From Mobula hypostoma (lineage: Eukaryota), in assembly GCF_963921235.1 (NCBI RefSeq), contig NC_086097.1:38566001-38630000 (forward strand): DNA of 64,000 nucleotides, given 5' to 3'. Shown here piece after piece: positions 11,844 to 24,967 of the stretch (position 1 is its first letter; the number at the start of each line of letters is the position of its first letter). A model generated the notes under the pieces. That model saw only the letters and a program-made list of their open reading frames with translations. It was not told where the DNA came from and made no database searches. A program made the position numbers and the translations under genes.

Positions 11844-13055
11844 ACTGACTATCTGCTTTAAATATATCCACGGACTTGGCCTCCACCGCAGTTTGTGGCA
11901 GAGCATTCCACAGATTCACTACTCTCCGGCTAAAAAAAATCTTGCCTTCCTCTGTTATAAAAGCTTGCCCTTCAATTCTGAGCATGTACCCTCTAGTTCT
12001 GGATACCCACACCAAAGGAAACATCCTCTCCACATCCACCATATCTAGTCCTTTTAACATTCGATAAGTTTCAACGAGATCCCCCACCCCCTGCTTTCTT
12101 CTAATTTCCAATGAGTACATGCCCAAAGCTGCCAAATGCTTCTCATTTGTTAACCCCTTCATTCCTAGAATCATAGACATGAATCTCCTTTGGACTCTCT
12201 TCAATAACAACACGTCCTTTCTGAGATATGGGGCCCAAAACTGTTGCCAAGTACGGCCTGACCAATGTCTTATAAAGCCTCAACGTTATTTCCTTGCTTT
12301 TATATTCTATTCCCCTTGAAATAAATGGCAACATTGCATTCACCTTCTTTACCACAGACTCAACCTGTAAATTAATCTTCTGGGAGTCTTGCACAAGAAC
12401 TCCTACGTCCCTTTGCACCTCTGATGTTTGTATTTTCTCCCCACTTAGATAATAGTCTGCACTATTATTCCTTTTACCAAAATGTATTATCATATATTTC
12501 CCAACACTGTATTCCATCTGCCACTTTTTTGCCCGTTCTTCCAATTTGTCCAAGTCCTGCTGTAATTGCATTGTCATGAGAACTTGTGTGATTACGATAT
12601 TTTTTTCAGAATAAAGAGTAAAAGAGAGGGAAGTATGGATATCGGACCGCTGGAAAACGACACTGGAGAGGTAGTAAGGGAAACAAAGAAATGGCAGATG
12701 AACTGCAAAGGTAGTTTGCATCAGTCTTCACTGTTGAAGACACCAGCAAACTGCCAGAAATTCTACCGTCAGGACAGAAGTGACTGTAATTACTATTGCT
12801 ATGGAGAAAATGCTTGGAAAGCTGAAAGGTCTGAAGATGGATAAGTCACTTGGACCAGATGGACTCCACCCCAGTGTTCTGAAAGAGGTAGATGAAATGA
12901 CTCTGACATTGGTAGTGATCTTTCAAGGATCACTAGATTCTCAAATGGTTCCAGGGGATTGAAAAATCACGAAAGTCCACTCTTTAAGAAGGGAGGGAGG
13001 CAAAAGGCAGGAAATTGATCTAACTTTCACCGTCAGACAGTTAGCCTGACTCGGT
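11844..13055 (-). mobile_element. CR1 LINE 3' fragment with inverted upstream segment
   Basis: Minus 11844-12565 encodes LQQDLDKLEERAKKWQMEY...KRVQRRF. Plus 12590-13055 encodes upstream ORF2 (KSLGPDGLHPSVLKE). Confidence 0.8.
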
Positions 13056-13354
13056 CTAAGAAACCACCTGGTCTATAAGTCACAACAATTTCAAGGCCAA
13101 ACAACTTCATGCTGACGTAAAAGAAGATCAACCTAGGCCTGTAAGCCTCACAGCCCTGTGCATTAACCTCCTTACCCTAAATAATGTGCGTATTTAGAAT
13201 CATGTTCTTCAGTCATCTGAAGATCTACTGACCCTAACAAAAGTCGATTCTTTGATTCTGTGGTACTGCTGCTATTTACCTATTACCAATCTGTGAGCCT
13301 CTCTAATTAGCTGAAATCATTCAAGTTGTCCAGCCATTCTGTCCTTAATTCTTG

Positions 13355-13903
13355 ATGATTTTCAGCATTGTATGATTTTTGTCACTGATAGTTGGCAAGA
13401 AATAAGCAGGAAGACAATTCAGAGCTGTTTTACTCACTGTGGTTTCAAGCACTCAGGTTTGCAGATGCCAGATATGGCTGGGAGTGAAAATGAAATGATT
13501 TTACCACTTCAACAAGTTAGGAACTATGTAGAATTTGAGGCTCTCAACAATCATCTTGAATGTTACAATAAAAATGAAGATTTGGAGGATGCAATCGTTG
13601 ACGCATTGCAAGAAGGCAATCCATTAGGTCCCTGCACTGATTTTGTTCATTTACAGACAAAAGAACACAACATGGTGAATTCCTCCATTGATAATTAATA
13701 CAAAGTTTTAATACAAAGTTTTTTGTACTGTGGTAGAATTGGTAGGATTCTAATTTATTCTGTATTTCATTTAAATACATAATTTGTTACTGTTTGTCCT
13801 TTTTTATACCTTTTTAACTGTTTCTATGAAACTTCAGCTAACAACGCTTTATTGAGCTAACACGTACTGGTCGCGATGTTTCCCTATTAACTAGAATCCA
13901 CTG
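13355..13903 (+). mobile_element. Tigger/pogo DNA transposon 3' remnant
   Basis: ORF 13372-13698 SWQEISRKTIQSCFTHCGF resembles the Tigger DDE C-terminus. Ends ...GAATCCACTG followed by TA. Confidence 0.65.
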
Positions 13904-16827
13904 TATTTGCAATTTTCCATCTACAAGTTGCTTTAAACAATAAAGTAACACTTAAATAATAACTCAACACATAGAACTTGAGGACAGGTGATCGAATTTA
14001 TTTTAACTGGATTCTACTTACTCTGGTTCTTTTGCAATAGATTATTTTAAATAGGAGTATAGGAATAGTTCAGTTATATAAGTGAAATAAAAAAATCATA
14101 ACTATAGAAATTCCGAAACAATACTCTTCAACTAACAGTTTAAATCAGATTAATACTATGCAGGATGTGTTCCCAGGTATAAGAGTGCTAATGGAATTAG
14201 GGCAAGAAAGGGTCATTGTAGCATTATATGTGTTGCTGACTGTGCTGCACTGTAGGAAGAATGCTGAAAACTCTTCACATTTTTGTTTTTGATCTGCTGC
14301 TGTGCTGGGACCTGACACAAATCCAGCAATGAACCACCCTCCGATTTTGGGCGGAGAAGCTGCTTGTGCAGTGAGTGGTGGTGGGATCACTCAGTATGAC
14401 AAATGGGCCTCAGGGCTGGACTCACATGATGATAGACTGCCGGGATTCTAGTCTCCCTCATCACCTCCTTATTAAATGTGATGGAAGTTGCTGTCTCCTC
14501 CTCTTTGTTTGGCAGCACAGTTATTCCCATTCTGGATGTTTCTTTTGGGTAACAAACTTGTCATTGGTTGATATTCATTGAGCTTGTTACCATAACCTCC
14601 AGGCCTGGGTGAACTGTGCAGCTAAAAAAGGAGTGGAGAGGCAGCAGCTATCATTAAGTTTAACAGTAAGTGAGATGAAAGACGATAGAATCTAGATAGA
14701 CTGTCAACACATGGAGCAGGCGCCACCAGTCTCCAGCCATGGACTGCTTTTATTAGGCCTTCCAGGTAATACCCCTGCAGAGTAGCCACAATGCTCAGCC
14801 CAACCCACCAAACGTCAGCCCTCATTGGCATTCTCTTTACACTGGGCCATGGGACATTTCATTCCTGGGGGAGCACGAGTGGTGAGCAGGGATTTCAGTA
14901 GTTTCATAGAAATCCTGACGCAGCAGTGTAAGCAAGATAGTAGGGATTTACCAAATATCCAGTACTACGGCACATGACTTTATTAAAGAACAAAGGGGTA
15001 CATTCCTGTTGAGTGTTCCGATTGTAACTTTTTTTATGAACCAGAGTTCTGTGGACTAGCACTAAATAGGGTACCAATGTATTATTCTAATTTGGTATAA
15101 ATATTTAAATATAACTAAGACGTCTCATTCTTAAATGTGCCAATCAAGGATAACAGTTATTAAATAGGAACCAAAAATATGCCCTTATTCTCAGTTCTGG
15201 AATCAGATATTAAAGACATCAGCATTTCCAATCCATATCACTGGCTTTCAGCCATTGGAACGTTAATGAAACTTCCTTGCATGCTCTGCCTAAAACAAGG
15301 CTGGGTAAACCATGAGTCTAATGCAGTCCCACATCTGACCAGGTGTATGGTGGGACAACCCAGTGATTCTCAAGGGAAGGTGTGTAAATATTTTTGAAGT
15401 ATTTTACTTTAGTTTCATGTCTTAATTATTTCCAAGTGTCTTATATTTCAAATAATTACATGTAGTTTGGACTTTGAAAGCTTATATCAAAGGCCATCAG
15501 ACATTCCAAGGTCAAGGCTGTGTTAACTTAGACCAGTTCACTGCTAAAGACCTCATATTGACTCAAGGTTTCATAGACCCAGAAAGATGGATTCTTTCAT
15601 ATCGAAAGCAGGTATATTCACATGATCCTGTCTATTAGCAAGTCAAGTATAGCAGTTAGGTGTAGGGTAAAAATCTCTCTGATCTGTCTTTTGTAGCAAA
15701 CCAGTGTAACATCTTTCCATTTCTCGCACAGTTCTCAATTGATATTATAAATTTACTTGGAATAAGGAGCACTTGCCTCCACAGAGCTCATCCCTCTGTA
15801 AGAACGAGAGTGGACTGCTCGAGTATATTTTTCAACCAGTGAATTTATATATCAAAAATTATTTTATAGACTTTATTTTATGTTAAAGTTCATAAATAGT
15901 CTATTCAACTTTAGAACAATATTAAATCTCTTCAGCACTATATTAAATCTCTTCAATAACTTTACATGATTTTTTTCATTTTTGCTTAACGTAGCTTGCA
16001 TCAATATGTTCATGTTACAATGGTAAAGCTTTATAAATAACCAATAGGTTTTAGTATACTATATAAAATATAACTTTTACTCATATATATATCATATGTA
16101 CACTATTTAGAATAATCTACATGGAGAACAAGACTGTATTGAAAGGGAACTATGTATATTCAACTGAATTGCCACATAAACCCAAAAACATGGTACACCC
16201 ACAAATTTTATCTTCATCTTTTAATCACACGTCTCATATTTTAATTCACAAATGCAGTTGAGCCCACTGCAAATGCTCACCGCAGAAATTTCTCGACTAC
16301 AATTATCACAAACTTCTAATATCTGACATCATGAACACAGGTTTCAATCTAGGGGTCTTATTACTTCATAGGACACTTATAGAATCATAGAGTGGCAAGG
16401 TTATGCAAGGGGAGGGGTGTGTGGTCTATAGAGTCCAATTATTTTAATCTATATATATTTGTCCAGTCTTTTTGAAGGCAACCTTTAAATCTGTCTCATC
16501 ATAACATGGGATATTTCAAATCTCAATGATTTGTAATGTAGAAAAGATTCATGATCCCCTAGTCAGGAATCTGTGTCACCTTGTTACTACCCTTCAATTA
16601 TTTAAAATTCCAAGTCTTTCATTATTTTAAATCCCATTTTTAAAACCATCTTCTCTTCTCCACAAAGAATAAATCCATCTCTACATTCAATTGTGACATC
16701 TCACCTCTGGATCTATTGAAGTAAATTTATTCTGTATATCTGCTTCAACCATCACATGCTTCCTGAAGTGTTCTGGTTGCCAAGCAAGAAGTTACATTAA
16801 GTGTAAGGAGATTTCAGTCATAATCAT

Positions 16828-16963
16828 AAACACAAGTGATTCTATAGATGCTGGGAATCCTGAGCAACACACACAAAATGCTAGAGGAACTCAGCAGGCC
16901 AGGGAGCATCCACTGAGGGGAATACATAGTCAACGTTCCGGACTAAGACCTTTCATCAAGACT
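16828..16963 (-). mobile_element. Degenerate Penelope-like terminal repeat with decayed hammerhead
   Basis: AAACACAAG..ATTCT.AGATGCTGG...CAACACACACAAAATGCT...GTCAACGTTCCGGACTAAGACCTTTCATCAAGACT. Confidence 0.65.
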
Positions 16964-17686
16964 CTTATATCACTCTCAAGCTGTCATAAACCAGCAGTTG
17001 TGAAGTAAAAACAGAGCATAAGGAAGATTAAATGATGCTAATCGTGTGAATATCTATATTCTATGAATTCAGGATCATAAGACACTTCAGTTGAACATAG
17101 TCACTGTATCTTTTAGGAATTAATGCATTCTGTATCATTACTCTAAGTACTTGTTTAACTTACATGAACAATAAAGTATTTGAAATTAAATTTAATTGGC
17201 ATACCAATGTACTGCATGACAGAGTAGGGCATGGCAAAAGTGCACCCAGACTCTAAATGCAAGCACTTCATTTTAGGGAAGCTGTAGGAAGCAGATTGGA
17301 GATACAGAATGATTTCATGACTCCTCTTAGAAGTTAATTGTAATAAAATAGTACTAATTTCCTAAAAAAAAAAGATTCACCTTCTTTCTCCCACAGTGAC
17401 AGAGCTGTGGAAGAGTCAAGATGATACAGGAGGTAGTTTATGTGCTGCAGCCGTTGCCTAGAATACCAAAAGCAAAAAAAAACCTGGATGTTCACTTATT
17501 TTCACGACAAAAAATATGTATACTGCCTTTGTAACTGTAAAATATATTAGATCATGAAAATGTTGCAGAAAATATTGCAGAGTTCAAGAAAAATACCCTC
17601 TCAACTTGTTAAATATGTTAATATGAACACAGAAAGATATAGAATTTTGTTATGATCCATGGCTATCAAGTGTGAATTATAATGAA

Positions 17687-18253
17687 TTACAAGCATAACA
17701 AGTTAATGCCATCATCAAAAGCAGTTTCTGACTCATTACTTAACCCAGACTGAACTTGAGCATCTTCAGATTCATAGTGTTCCTTAACGTTAACAGAATG
17801 AAAAGACACTGCAAGATTATCAATCTCCGTCAGATCTGCTACATTGTCTAAATCAGCAACACAGTCTGTGAAATAGCCTGAATGATCCACACAATTTGAA
17901 ATCAGATAATGATCTTGCTCTGAGTCTTGAACTTGCTTAATGTGTTCTCCACAAATGTCAGAATATTTGTTCTCAGTAGTATTCTGACTGTAACCAACAT
18001 CAGTGCTTAAAATTCCATTGAATCTATGATCCATTGTGTTACCAGATTCCCTGCCAAATGAAATGTCAGCAATTATGCCAGTATCTTCTTTCCACTTAGC
18101 AGCAATCTTTGCATTTTCCAAAGAATTATAGTTATTAAACTTTGCAAATTTCGATTCTTCAAACAGAGTTTTACAACCGCTGGTCCTTGGAATTTTCTCT
18201 GATTTACAGTCCAAATCTTCTTTTAGCTCGTCCAGCATAAAGCGTAATTTCTG
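17687..18253 (-). CDS. SPATA7: SPATA7 terminal coding exon (QKLRFMLDELKEDLDCK...LLCL*)
   Basis: Polypyrimidine acceptor TTGCTTTAATTTTATAG. Phase 0 matches the 36976 exon. 188 open codons to TAA at 17689-17687. The start resembles the recalled vertebrate SPATA7 EKMRHLLHVLKVDLGC motif, followed by an acidic tail. Confidence 0.85.
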   Translation of the reverse strand, partial: QKLRFMLDELKEDLDCKSEKIPRTSGCKTLFEESKFAKFNNYNSLENAKIAAKWKEDTGIIADISFGRESGNTMDHRFNGILSTDVGYSQNTTENKYSDICGEHIKQVQDSEQDHYLISNCVDHSGYFTDCVADLDNVADLTEIDNLAVSFHSVNVKEHYESEDAQVQSGLSNESETAFDDGINLLCL

Positions 18254-20675
18254 CTATAAAATTAAAGCAAGGAAGTAGACTGTCAGTTTGGATTTCATTA
18301 TTTTAGCAGAAGTATCAGGTATGTTAAATAACTAATGTAAAGCCTACTTTTTAAGATGAGATAAAGAAATGTCAATAAATATTAGGCATTTAAATGTACA
18401 ACAGTAATTGTCCATTTTGTGTTATGACAGCATGATCAACTGCGGTGCAGGCTCGAAGGGCCGAATGGTCTACTTCTGCACCTATTGTCTAAGAGTGCTT
18501 TGGATCAAAATAACATTGTAATACCATGTTACATTTAATTTTCACATTTAATTTGTACACGGCAATATAATATCCTTCAAATAAGTACTTTGCTTGCATC
18601 TTTTAAGGAAATCCAAACATGGAAATTTCATTTTAAATGCAAATCATTCTGATGCCATTAAGATTCGTTCATCAAGACAGAAAATACAATGCAGGCATCA
18701 GTGTGGAGAATTTAAAGCATAAAGGTCACAACAAAACATCAGAAAATCAATTTTGAGTCCTGTTGTAATGGAACGCTTACACGTTACTTATAATTTATTC
18801 CGCATTAAAACTCAATGGTCTTGGCTATAGCCACTAGTTTTGGACAAAACCAGCAGTATTCAGCTATTCCAATTGAAGTGGCGCCCAAACTTAAATGCAC
18901 ATGATGCTATACATGGAAGTGTTAGGCTTACTGACTGATTTAGACCTTTTAGTTTGATTCCCATGGAATCCAAAGGTAGGGTCAATCTTGTTGGAATTCC
19001 CCAGCCAGCATATTTATCTCCAAAACCCTATGTCACGTCAGACAAGGGACAGAATCAGAGAAACCAATGATTTCAATGAATCCTGAAGAACAAAGATATG
19101 AAAGGCAATTTGGATGTTCAAGGAAACCACCACAAATGGAGAAGACACAGATCTTGAGGACTTTGCCTCGTCATACATTGGCTACCTCAGTAAGTGTATA
19201 AACGATGTTGGTACCTCCAGAATGGTCATCTCACAGCACAATCTCTAGTAGAGGTGCAGTCCCTACTAAAAGACCGGGATACTGCCTTCAAGTCTGATGA
19301 CAGAATAGCCATCCGGGCAGTCAGGAGAAAGGTCATCTCAGGCATCAAGATGGCAAAGTCTCCCTGCACACAAAAAAATCAGCAACACCAGATCCTCAGC
19401 ATATGTGACTGGGCATCAAGGGGACTATTGACTAAACAAGAAAAAACAGCATTGACTGTACCAGTGACTTCTCCCTCACTGATGTTCTAAATAATTTTTA
19501 TGTAAGTTTAGAAGCATGCAATTTCATGCCAGTCATGAATGAGCAGCCACTCTCAGCAGCACATATGCAAAGAACTCCGCAGAGAGTCAAGCCCTATAAG
19601 GTGGCCGGGCCAGACAACATCCCAGGCCGAGCACTCAGGGAGTGCTCACTGACATTTTCATGGACATCTTCAACACTTCACTCATCCAGGCTGCTGTCCC
19701 CACATGCTTCAAATCAACTATCATCATTCCTGTACCAAAGAGCTCTACAGCTTCAGAACTAAATGACTACTGCCCAGAGGCACTAATGCCAATCATCATT
19801 AAGTGCTCTGAATGCCTGATAATGGCGCATATCAAATACTCCATTCCTGCCATACTGGACACTCACCACTATGCTTACCGACAGAACTACTCTACGACAG
19901 ATACCACAGCATCTGTCATGCACCTGACCCTGACACACCTCGGACAATTATGTCAGAAGGCTATTTCTGGATTTCAGTTCGGCATTCAACACAACCTTGG
20001 TGAACAAATTCCTACTCCTCGTTCTAAATACATCACTGTGCAACTGGGTATTGGAGATCCTAACGAACAACCTCAGATAGTTAGGATGGACTACCACTTC
20101 TCCTTCCCCATCATCCTCAACACAGGTGTGCTCCCACCCCCATCCCCCCGGGCTGTATGTTGAGCCCAGTGTTGAACACTCTGCTCGCACATGATGGCAC
20201 GTCTAAACAGGCAACAATCACATCATCATGTTTGCCGATGACACAACAGTAGTGGAACTCGTCACCAACAATGATGAGATGGGTTAGAGAGGAGGGGGAA
20301 GGGCTCGATGCATGGTGCCGGGCAAATAACCTCGCCCTTAATGTCAACAAGACAAAGGAGATGGTTATCAATTTCAGGAGAACACATACCACGAACAATC
20401 CATCTTTAATTGGCGGCACAACAGTGGAAACTGCAGGCAGTTTCAAACTCCTTGAAGTGCACGTCACACACAACATCTCATGGTCCCAAAACACATTCTA
20501 CACAGTCAAGAAAGCTCACCAATACCTCTGCTTTCTGAGGAAGCTGAAGAGAGCTCGACTTTGCACATTCATAATCACATAATTTTGCAGGTGCGTAGTA
20601 GAGAGCATCTCGACAATCTACATCACTGCTTAGTAAGGAAACTGCACTGCAGCAGACAGGAAGGCTCTACAAAAG

Positions 20676-21400
20676 GTTCATTTATTATCAAAGTATAAAA
20701 CTCTGAAATTCTTCTCCAGATAACCAAGAAAGAAATGAACAACAGCACACTCAACCACCCCCAAGTCCCTCCTCCCCACACAAAAAATGAACAAAAACGG
20801 AACAGGCACATCAACCCCCAAATCCCCCACCCTCACACACAAAAAAACAAGAAAGATCGTTTGAAAACACAGTGCATAAAAAAACCATCAGACTGGAAAA
20901 AAAAAGTCTACAGTCCATGTCCATATCCAAACCCCAGAAAATCTGGGTAACATTCTCCAAGCACAGCAGCAGGCCTTTCCCTCTCTGGTAGCAGAGCGAT
21001 CCCACCAGCAATCAAAAGGCAATCTCCCCTCCCTGGTAGTGATCAAAAGGTAGGCAGCTGTGGCTCACCTTCCGCATTCACGTCGATGTTCCAATCTCCC
21101 TCATGCTTTAATCAGTGCTCAATGGAAGCTTTAATTGGCGAGTGAAGTCAAACATTGGTTCGCGCCCCATCCCACAGCTTTCTCGCTACAAGGTTTGCGC
21201 AAGCAGCCTCAGTCTCCCGGAATCCTCTCAGAGGCTGCAGAGCACTGGAGAATCACATGCTCCAGCAGTTCCAGAATCACATTCAAAACAAAAGCTAATG
21301 TCAAAGGCATAAAAGAAATGAAATATATGGTTTCATGGTCTATCCAGAAGAGGTCGACTGAAGGAGTGAAGTACACAGGCGCCATCTTGACCAGAAGTCA
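20676..21400 (-). mobile_element. Non-autonomous retroposon with Rex1-like ends
   Basis: Minus strand starts near CAAGATGGCGCC (21378-21389) and ends TTGATAATAAATGAA. Related copies lie near 40365, 42006 and 58535-60290. Confidence 0.5.
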
Positions 21401-21467
21401 AAATCAATGGATACTCAAAACTCACCAGCCATTCACTGGCACCACCCTATCTGGTATCAAGGCAATA

Positions 21468-23384
21468 TACTTGCAAGAAAAAGTTTCTGAACCCTTTGCA
21501 ATTAACTGGTTTTCTGCATTAATTACTCATAAAATGTGGTCCAATCTTTACCTAAGTCACAAACACAATCTGCCTAAACTACAAACCCCATTTCCAGAAA
21601 AGTTGGGATATTTTCCAAAATGCAATAAAAACAAAAATCTGTGATATGTTAATTCATGTGAACCTTTATTTAACTGACAAAAGTACAAAGAAAAGATTTT
21701 CAATAATTTTACTGACCAACTTAATTGTATTTTGTAAACATACACAAATTTAGAATTTGATCAACAAATTCTAAATTTGTGTATATTTACAAAATACAAT
21801 TAAGTTGGTCAGTAAAACTATTGAAAATCTTTTCTTTGTACTTTTGTCAGTTAAATAAAGGTTCACGTGAATTAACATATCACAGATTTTTGTTTTTATT
21901 GCATTTTGGAAAATATCCCAACTTTTCTGGAAATGGGGTTTGTAATAACACACAAACAATTGTACTTCTTCTTGTCAACATTGAGTATATTATTAAACAA
22001 TCATAGTTTAGGTTCAAAAAAGTATGTGAATCTCTGGGGTAATGCCTTATACTAAAGCTATTTGGAGTCAGGTGTTCCAATCAATAAGATGAGATTGGAG
22101 GTGTGGGTTGTAGAGGTGTCCTGCCCTGTAAAAAAGACAGAAAAAGTCAGTTTATTGATAGAGTCTGCTCTTCTCAAGAAAGGTCTCTTTATGTGCACCA
22201 TGGTCGATCAAAACAAATTTCCAAGGACCTTAGAAGAATTGTAGGATGCATGACGCTGGCGAAGGCTACAAAAGCATTTCTAAAGACCTAAGTGTTCATC
22301 AGTCCACAGTAAGATAAACTGTCTACAAATGGAAGAAATTCTGTGGCTACTCTCCTGCAAAGATCACACCAAGAACACAATGTGAAATGCCAAAGGAGGT
22401 GAAAGAGAGACCCAAGGGTAACAGCAAAAGACCTGCAGAAATCTCTAGAACTTGCTAAAGTCTCTGTTCATGTATCCACTACAAGAAAAACACTTAACAA
22501 GAATGATGTTCATGGAAGGACACCACGGAGGACACAACTGCTCTCCAAAAAAACTCTGCTGCACGTCCAAAGTTTGCAAAAGACCACCTGGATCCGGATG
22601 GTCCACAACGCTCGTGGGACAATGTTCTGCGTACAGACAAAAGTGTAATTTTTTGGCAGAAATATACACCACTATGTTTGGAAGAAAAAGGGGCACTGCA
22701 CACCAACACCAAAAACTCATCTCAACTGTGAAGCATAGTGGAAAGAGCATCATGGTTTGGGGCTGCTTTGTTGCCTCAGGGTCCAGACAGCATGCAATCA
22801 TTGAGTGAATAATGAATTCAAAATTGTGTGAAGAAATCTTACAAGAGTATGTCAGGGCAGTGGTCTGTCACCTGAAGCTCAATAGAAGTTTGATGATGCA
22901 ACAAGACAATGATCTGAAAGACAAGAGTAAATCAACAACAGAATGGTTTTCAAAGAAGAAAATTTGTGTTTTTGAATGGTCAAGTTAGAGTCCAGAACTT
23001 AGCCCAATTGAGATGCTGTGGCATGACCTTAAGAGAGCTGTTCATGCAAGGTATCCCAGAAATATTGATGAACTGAAACAGTTTTGTATGGAGGAATGGT
23101 CTAAAATTCCTCCTCGCAGTTGTGCAAATCTGGTCAGCAGCTACAGGAAATGTTTGGTGGTTATTGCTGCTAAAGGAGGTTCTTAAATACAAGGGTTCCC
23201 TTACTTTTCCCAGACTGAATTGTGAATGATTAAACAATGTGTTTAATAATGAAATGAAAAGTACTATTGTTCGTATGCTATTAGTTTAGACAGATTGTGT
23301 TTGTCTATTATTGTGACTTAGATGAAGTAATTAATACAGAAAACAGGTAATTGCAAAGGGTTCACAAACTTTTTCTTGCAACTG
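21468..23384 (+). mobile_element. Tc1-family DNA transposon, decayed transposase
   Basis: TIRs TTGCAAGAAAAAGTTTCTGAACCCTTTGCAATT / AATTGCAAAGGGTTCACAAACTTTTTCTTGCAACTG with TA at both ends. Motifs TVKHSGKSIMVWGCF, QQDND and SPELSPIEMLW. Confidence 0.9.
21582..21942. mobile_element. Tc1-derived fold-back MITE (178-bp arms, 5-nt spacer)
   Basis: CAAACCCCATTTCCAGAAAAGTTGGGA...TCCCAACTTTTCTGGAAATGGGGTTTG, TA duplication at 21580-81 and 21943-44, near-perfect palindrome centred on 21762. Confidence 0.9.
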
Positions 23385-24120
23385 TAAATACAGAAGAGTG
23401 CCAGAAAAAGGCCAGTAACATCATAAAGTATCCCACCCACCCTGCACATGGACTGTTAGTTCCACTCCCATCAGGTAGGAGGCAATGTAGCATCCACGCC
23501 AGGACCATCAAACTCAAAAAGTTACTTTCCCCAAGCAGTAACACTGATCAACACCTCCACTCACTAGCTCAATCACTATTTTATTATTTCCTGTCAGTCA
23601 CCTTATGTCCAGCCTAGTCTCACTTTATGGACAAACAATCAATGTATATAAGCTATCTTATGTACTTATATTTATTGTTTTTTATTATTATTGTGTCCTT
23701 TGTCTTTTGTGATTCAAAGTAACAATTATTTTGTTTTCCTTTACACTTGTGTACAGAAAATGACAATAAACAATTTTGAAAACGCAAACAACAGGAATTC
23801 TGCAGATGCTGGAAATTCAAGCAACACACATCAAAGTTGCTGGTGAACGCAGCAGGCCAGGCAGCATCTCTAGGAAGAGGTACAGTCCACGTTTCAGGCC
23901 GAGACACTTCGTCAGGACTAACTGAAGGAAGAGTTAGTAAGAGATTTGGGGGACTTCCGGTAGAGCTCATGGAGTGAAGTCGTGTTCTTGACTCGCTCCA
24001 TCACCTCTGAGTTTTTTTTCCTATGATCAGCTATATTAAACTAACCATTAAGGCATCGACTTTTACAATAATCTGAAATAAATTGGGCTTTTTGATATTT
24101 GGATGCTTTTAAGGTCTGCT

Positions 24121-24967
24121 ATGTCTAAGAACGGAAAAAATGGGAAAGATGGCAAACCTCCGGTTAGACCGAAAGGTACCGATCTCCCCCCGACTGAACC
24201 ACCTTTGACTCTGAAAGCTATATCGGATCTAATTCAAAGGGAAATATCAACCTCTATAAAGGAGCTGATTCATGCGGAAATTTCAATTAATTTCCAGAAA
24301 ATTGCCGATTCAATCGATAAAATGCAAACATCTATCACGGAACATCAGTCGGCTATATTTAATCTTCAAAAATCCACGCAACAAAATGAACTCAAGGTGG
24401 AGAAAATTGAAGAAACAATTACTATAATGAAGAAAAAACTTGACTTTCTGACTTTTAAAAACTCTGACTTAGAATCCAGAATGCAACAGCAGAATATTCG
24501 AATTATTGGTGTTCGTGAAGCTGCTGAATCTAACAACCCTATAAAGTTTTTTTCTTAACTTTTAAAAGATGCATTTCCTACCGTATTTCCTGACCAACCA
24601 CCGTTATTGGATCGGGCTCACAGAGTTCCATCATATTCGTCTAAGTCAGATAAACCTCGGCATGTCATTTTACGTTTTCATTACTTTCAAGACAAGGAGA
24701 AACTGCTTCGATTTGTTCGATCTAAAGGTTACATTGATTTTTTTGGATCTTCAGTTCCGATTCGTGGAGGACTTCAGCAAACAGATTCGGGATCAACGGG
24801 TTCGTTACAGATCTGTGATGTCGGAACTCTACAAGATGGATTTAAAACCTGCGCTGCTTTACCCAGCACGTTTAAGGATCTGCACGCCTGACGGAGCTTT
24901 CCGTTTTTTTGAATCTCCATCAGATGCCCAGAGTTATCTGGGTCAATTTTCACCTTCAACATCTTAA
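24121..24967 (+). pseudogene. L1 ORF1p (coiled coil + RRM + CTD), frameshifted
   Basis: DLESRMQQQNIRIIGVRE, LDRAHR, KPRHVILRFHYFQDKEKLL, RFVEDFS and LLYPARLRI, spread over three ORF fragments. Confidence 0.88.

Larger units (their letters stand above)
19150..23780 (+). mobile_element. Degenerate Rex1-like LINE split by later insertions (19150-20675, ~21400-21465, 23387-23780)
   Basis: RT fragments KVAGPDNIPGRAL, FADD (20231-20242), WCRANNLALNVNKTKEMVINFRR and HPAHGLLVPLPSGRR. The tail AATAAACAATTTTGAA-TCTTGAA resumes at 30442. Confidence 0.8.
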
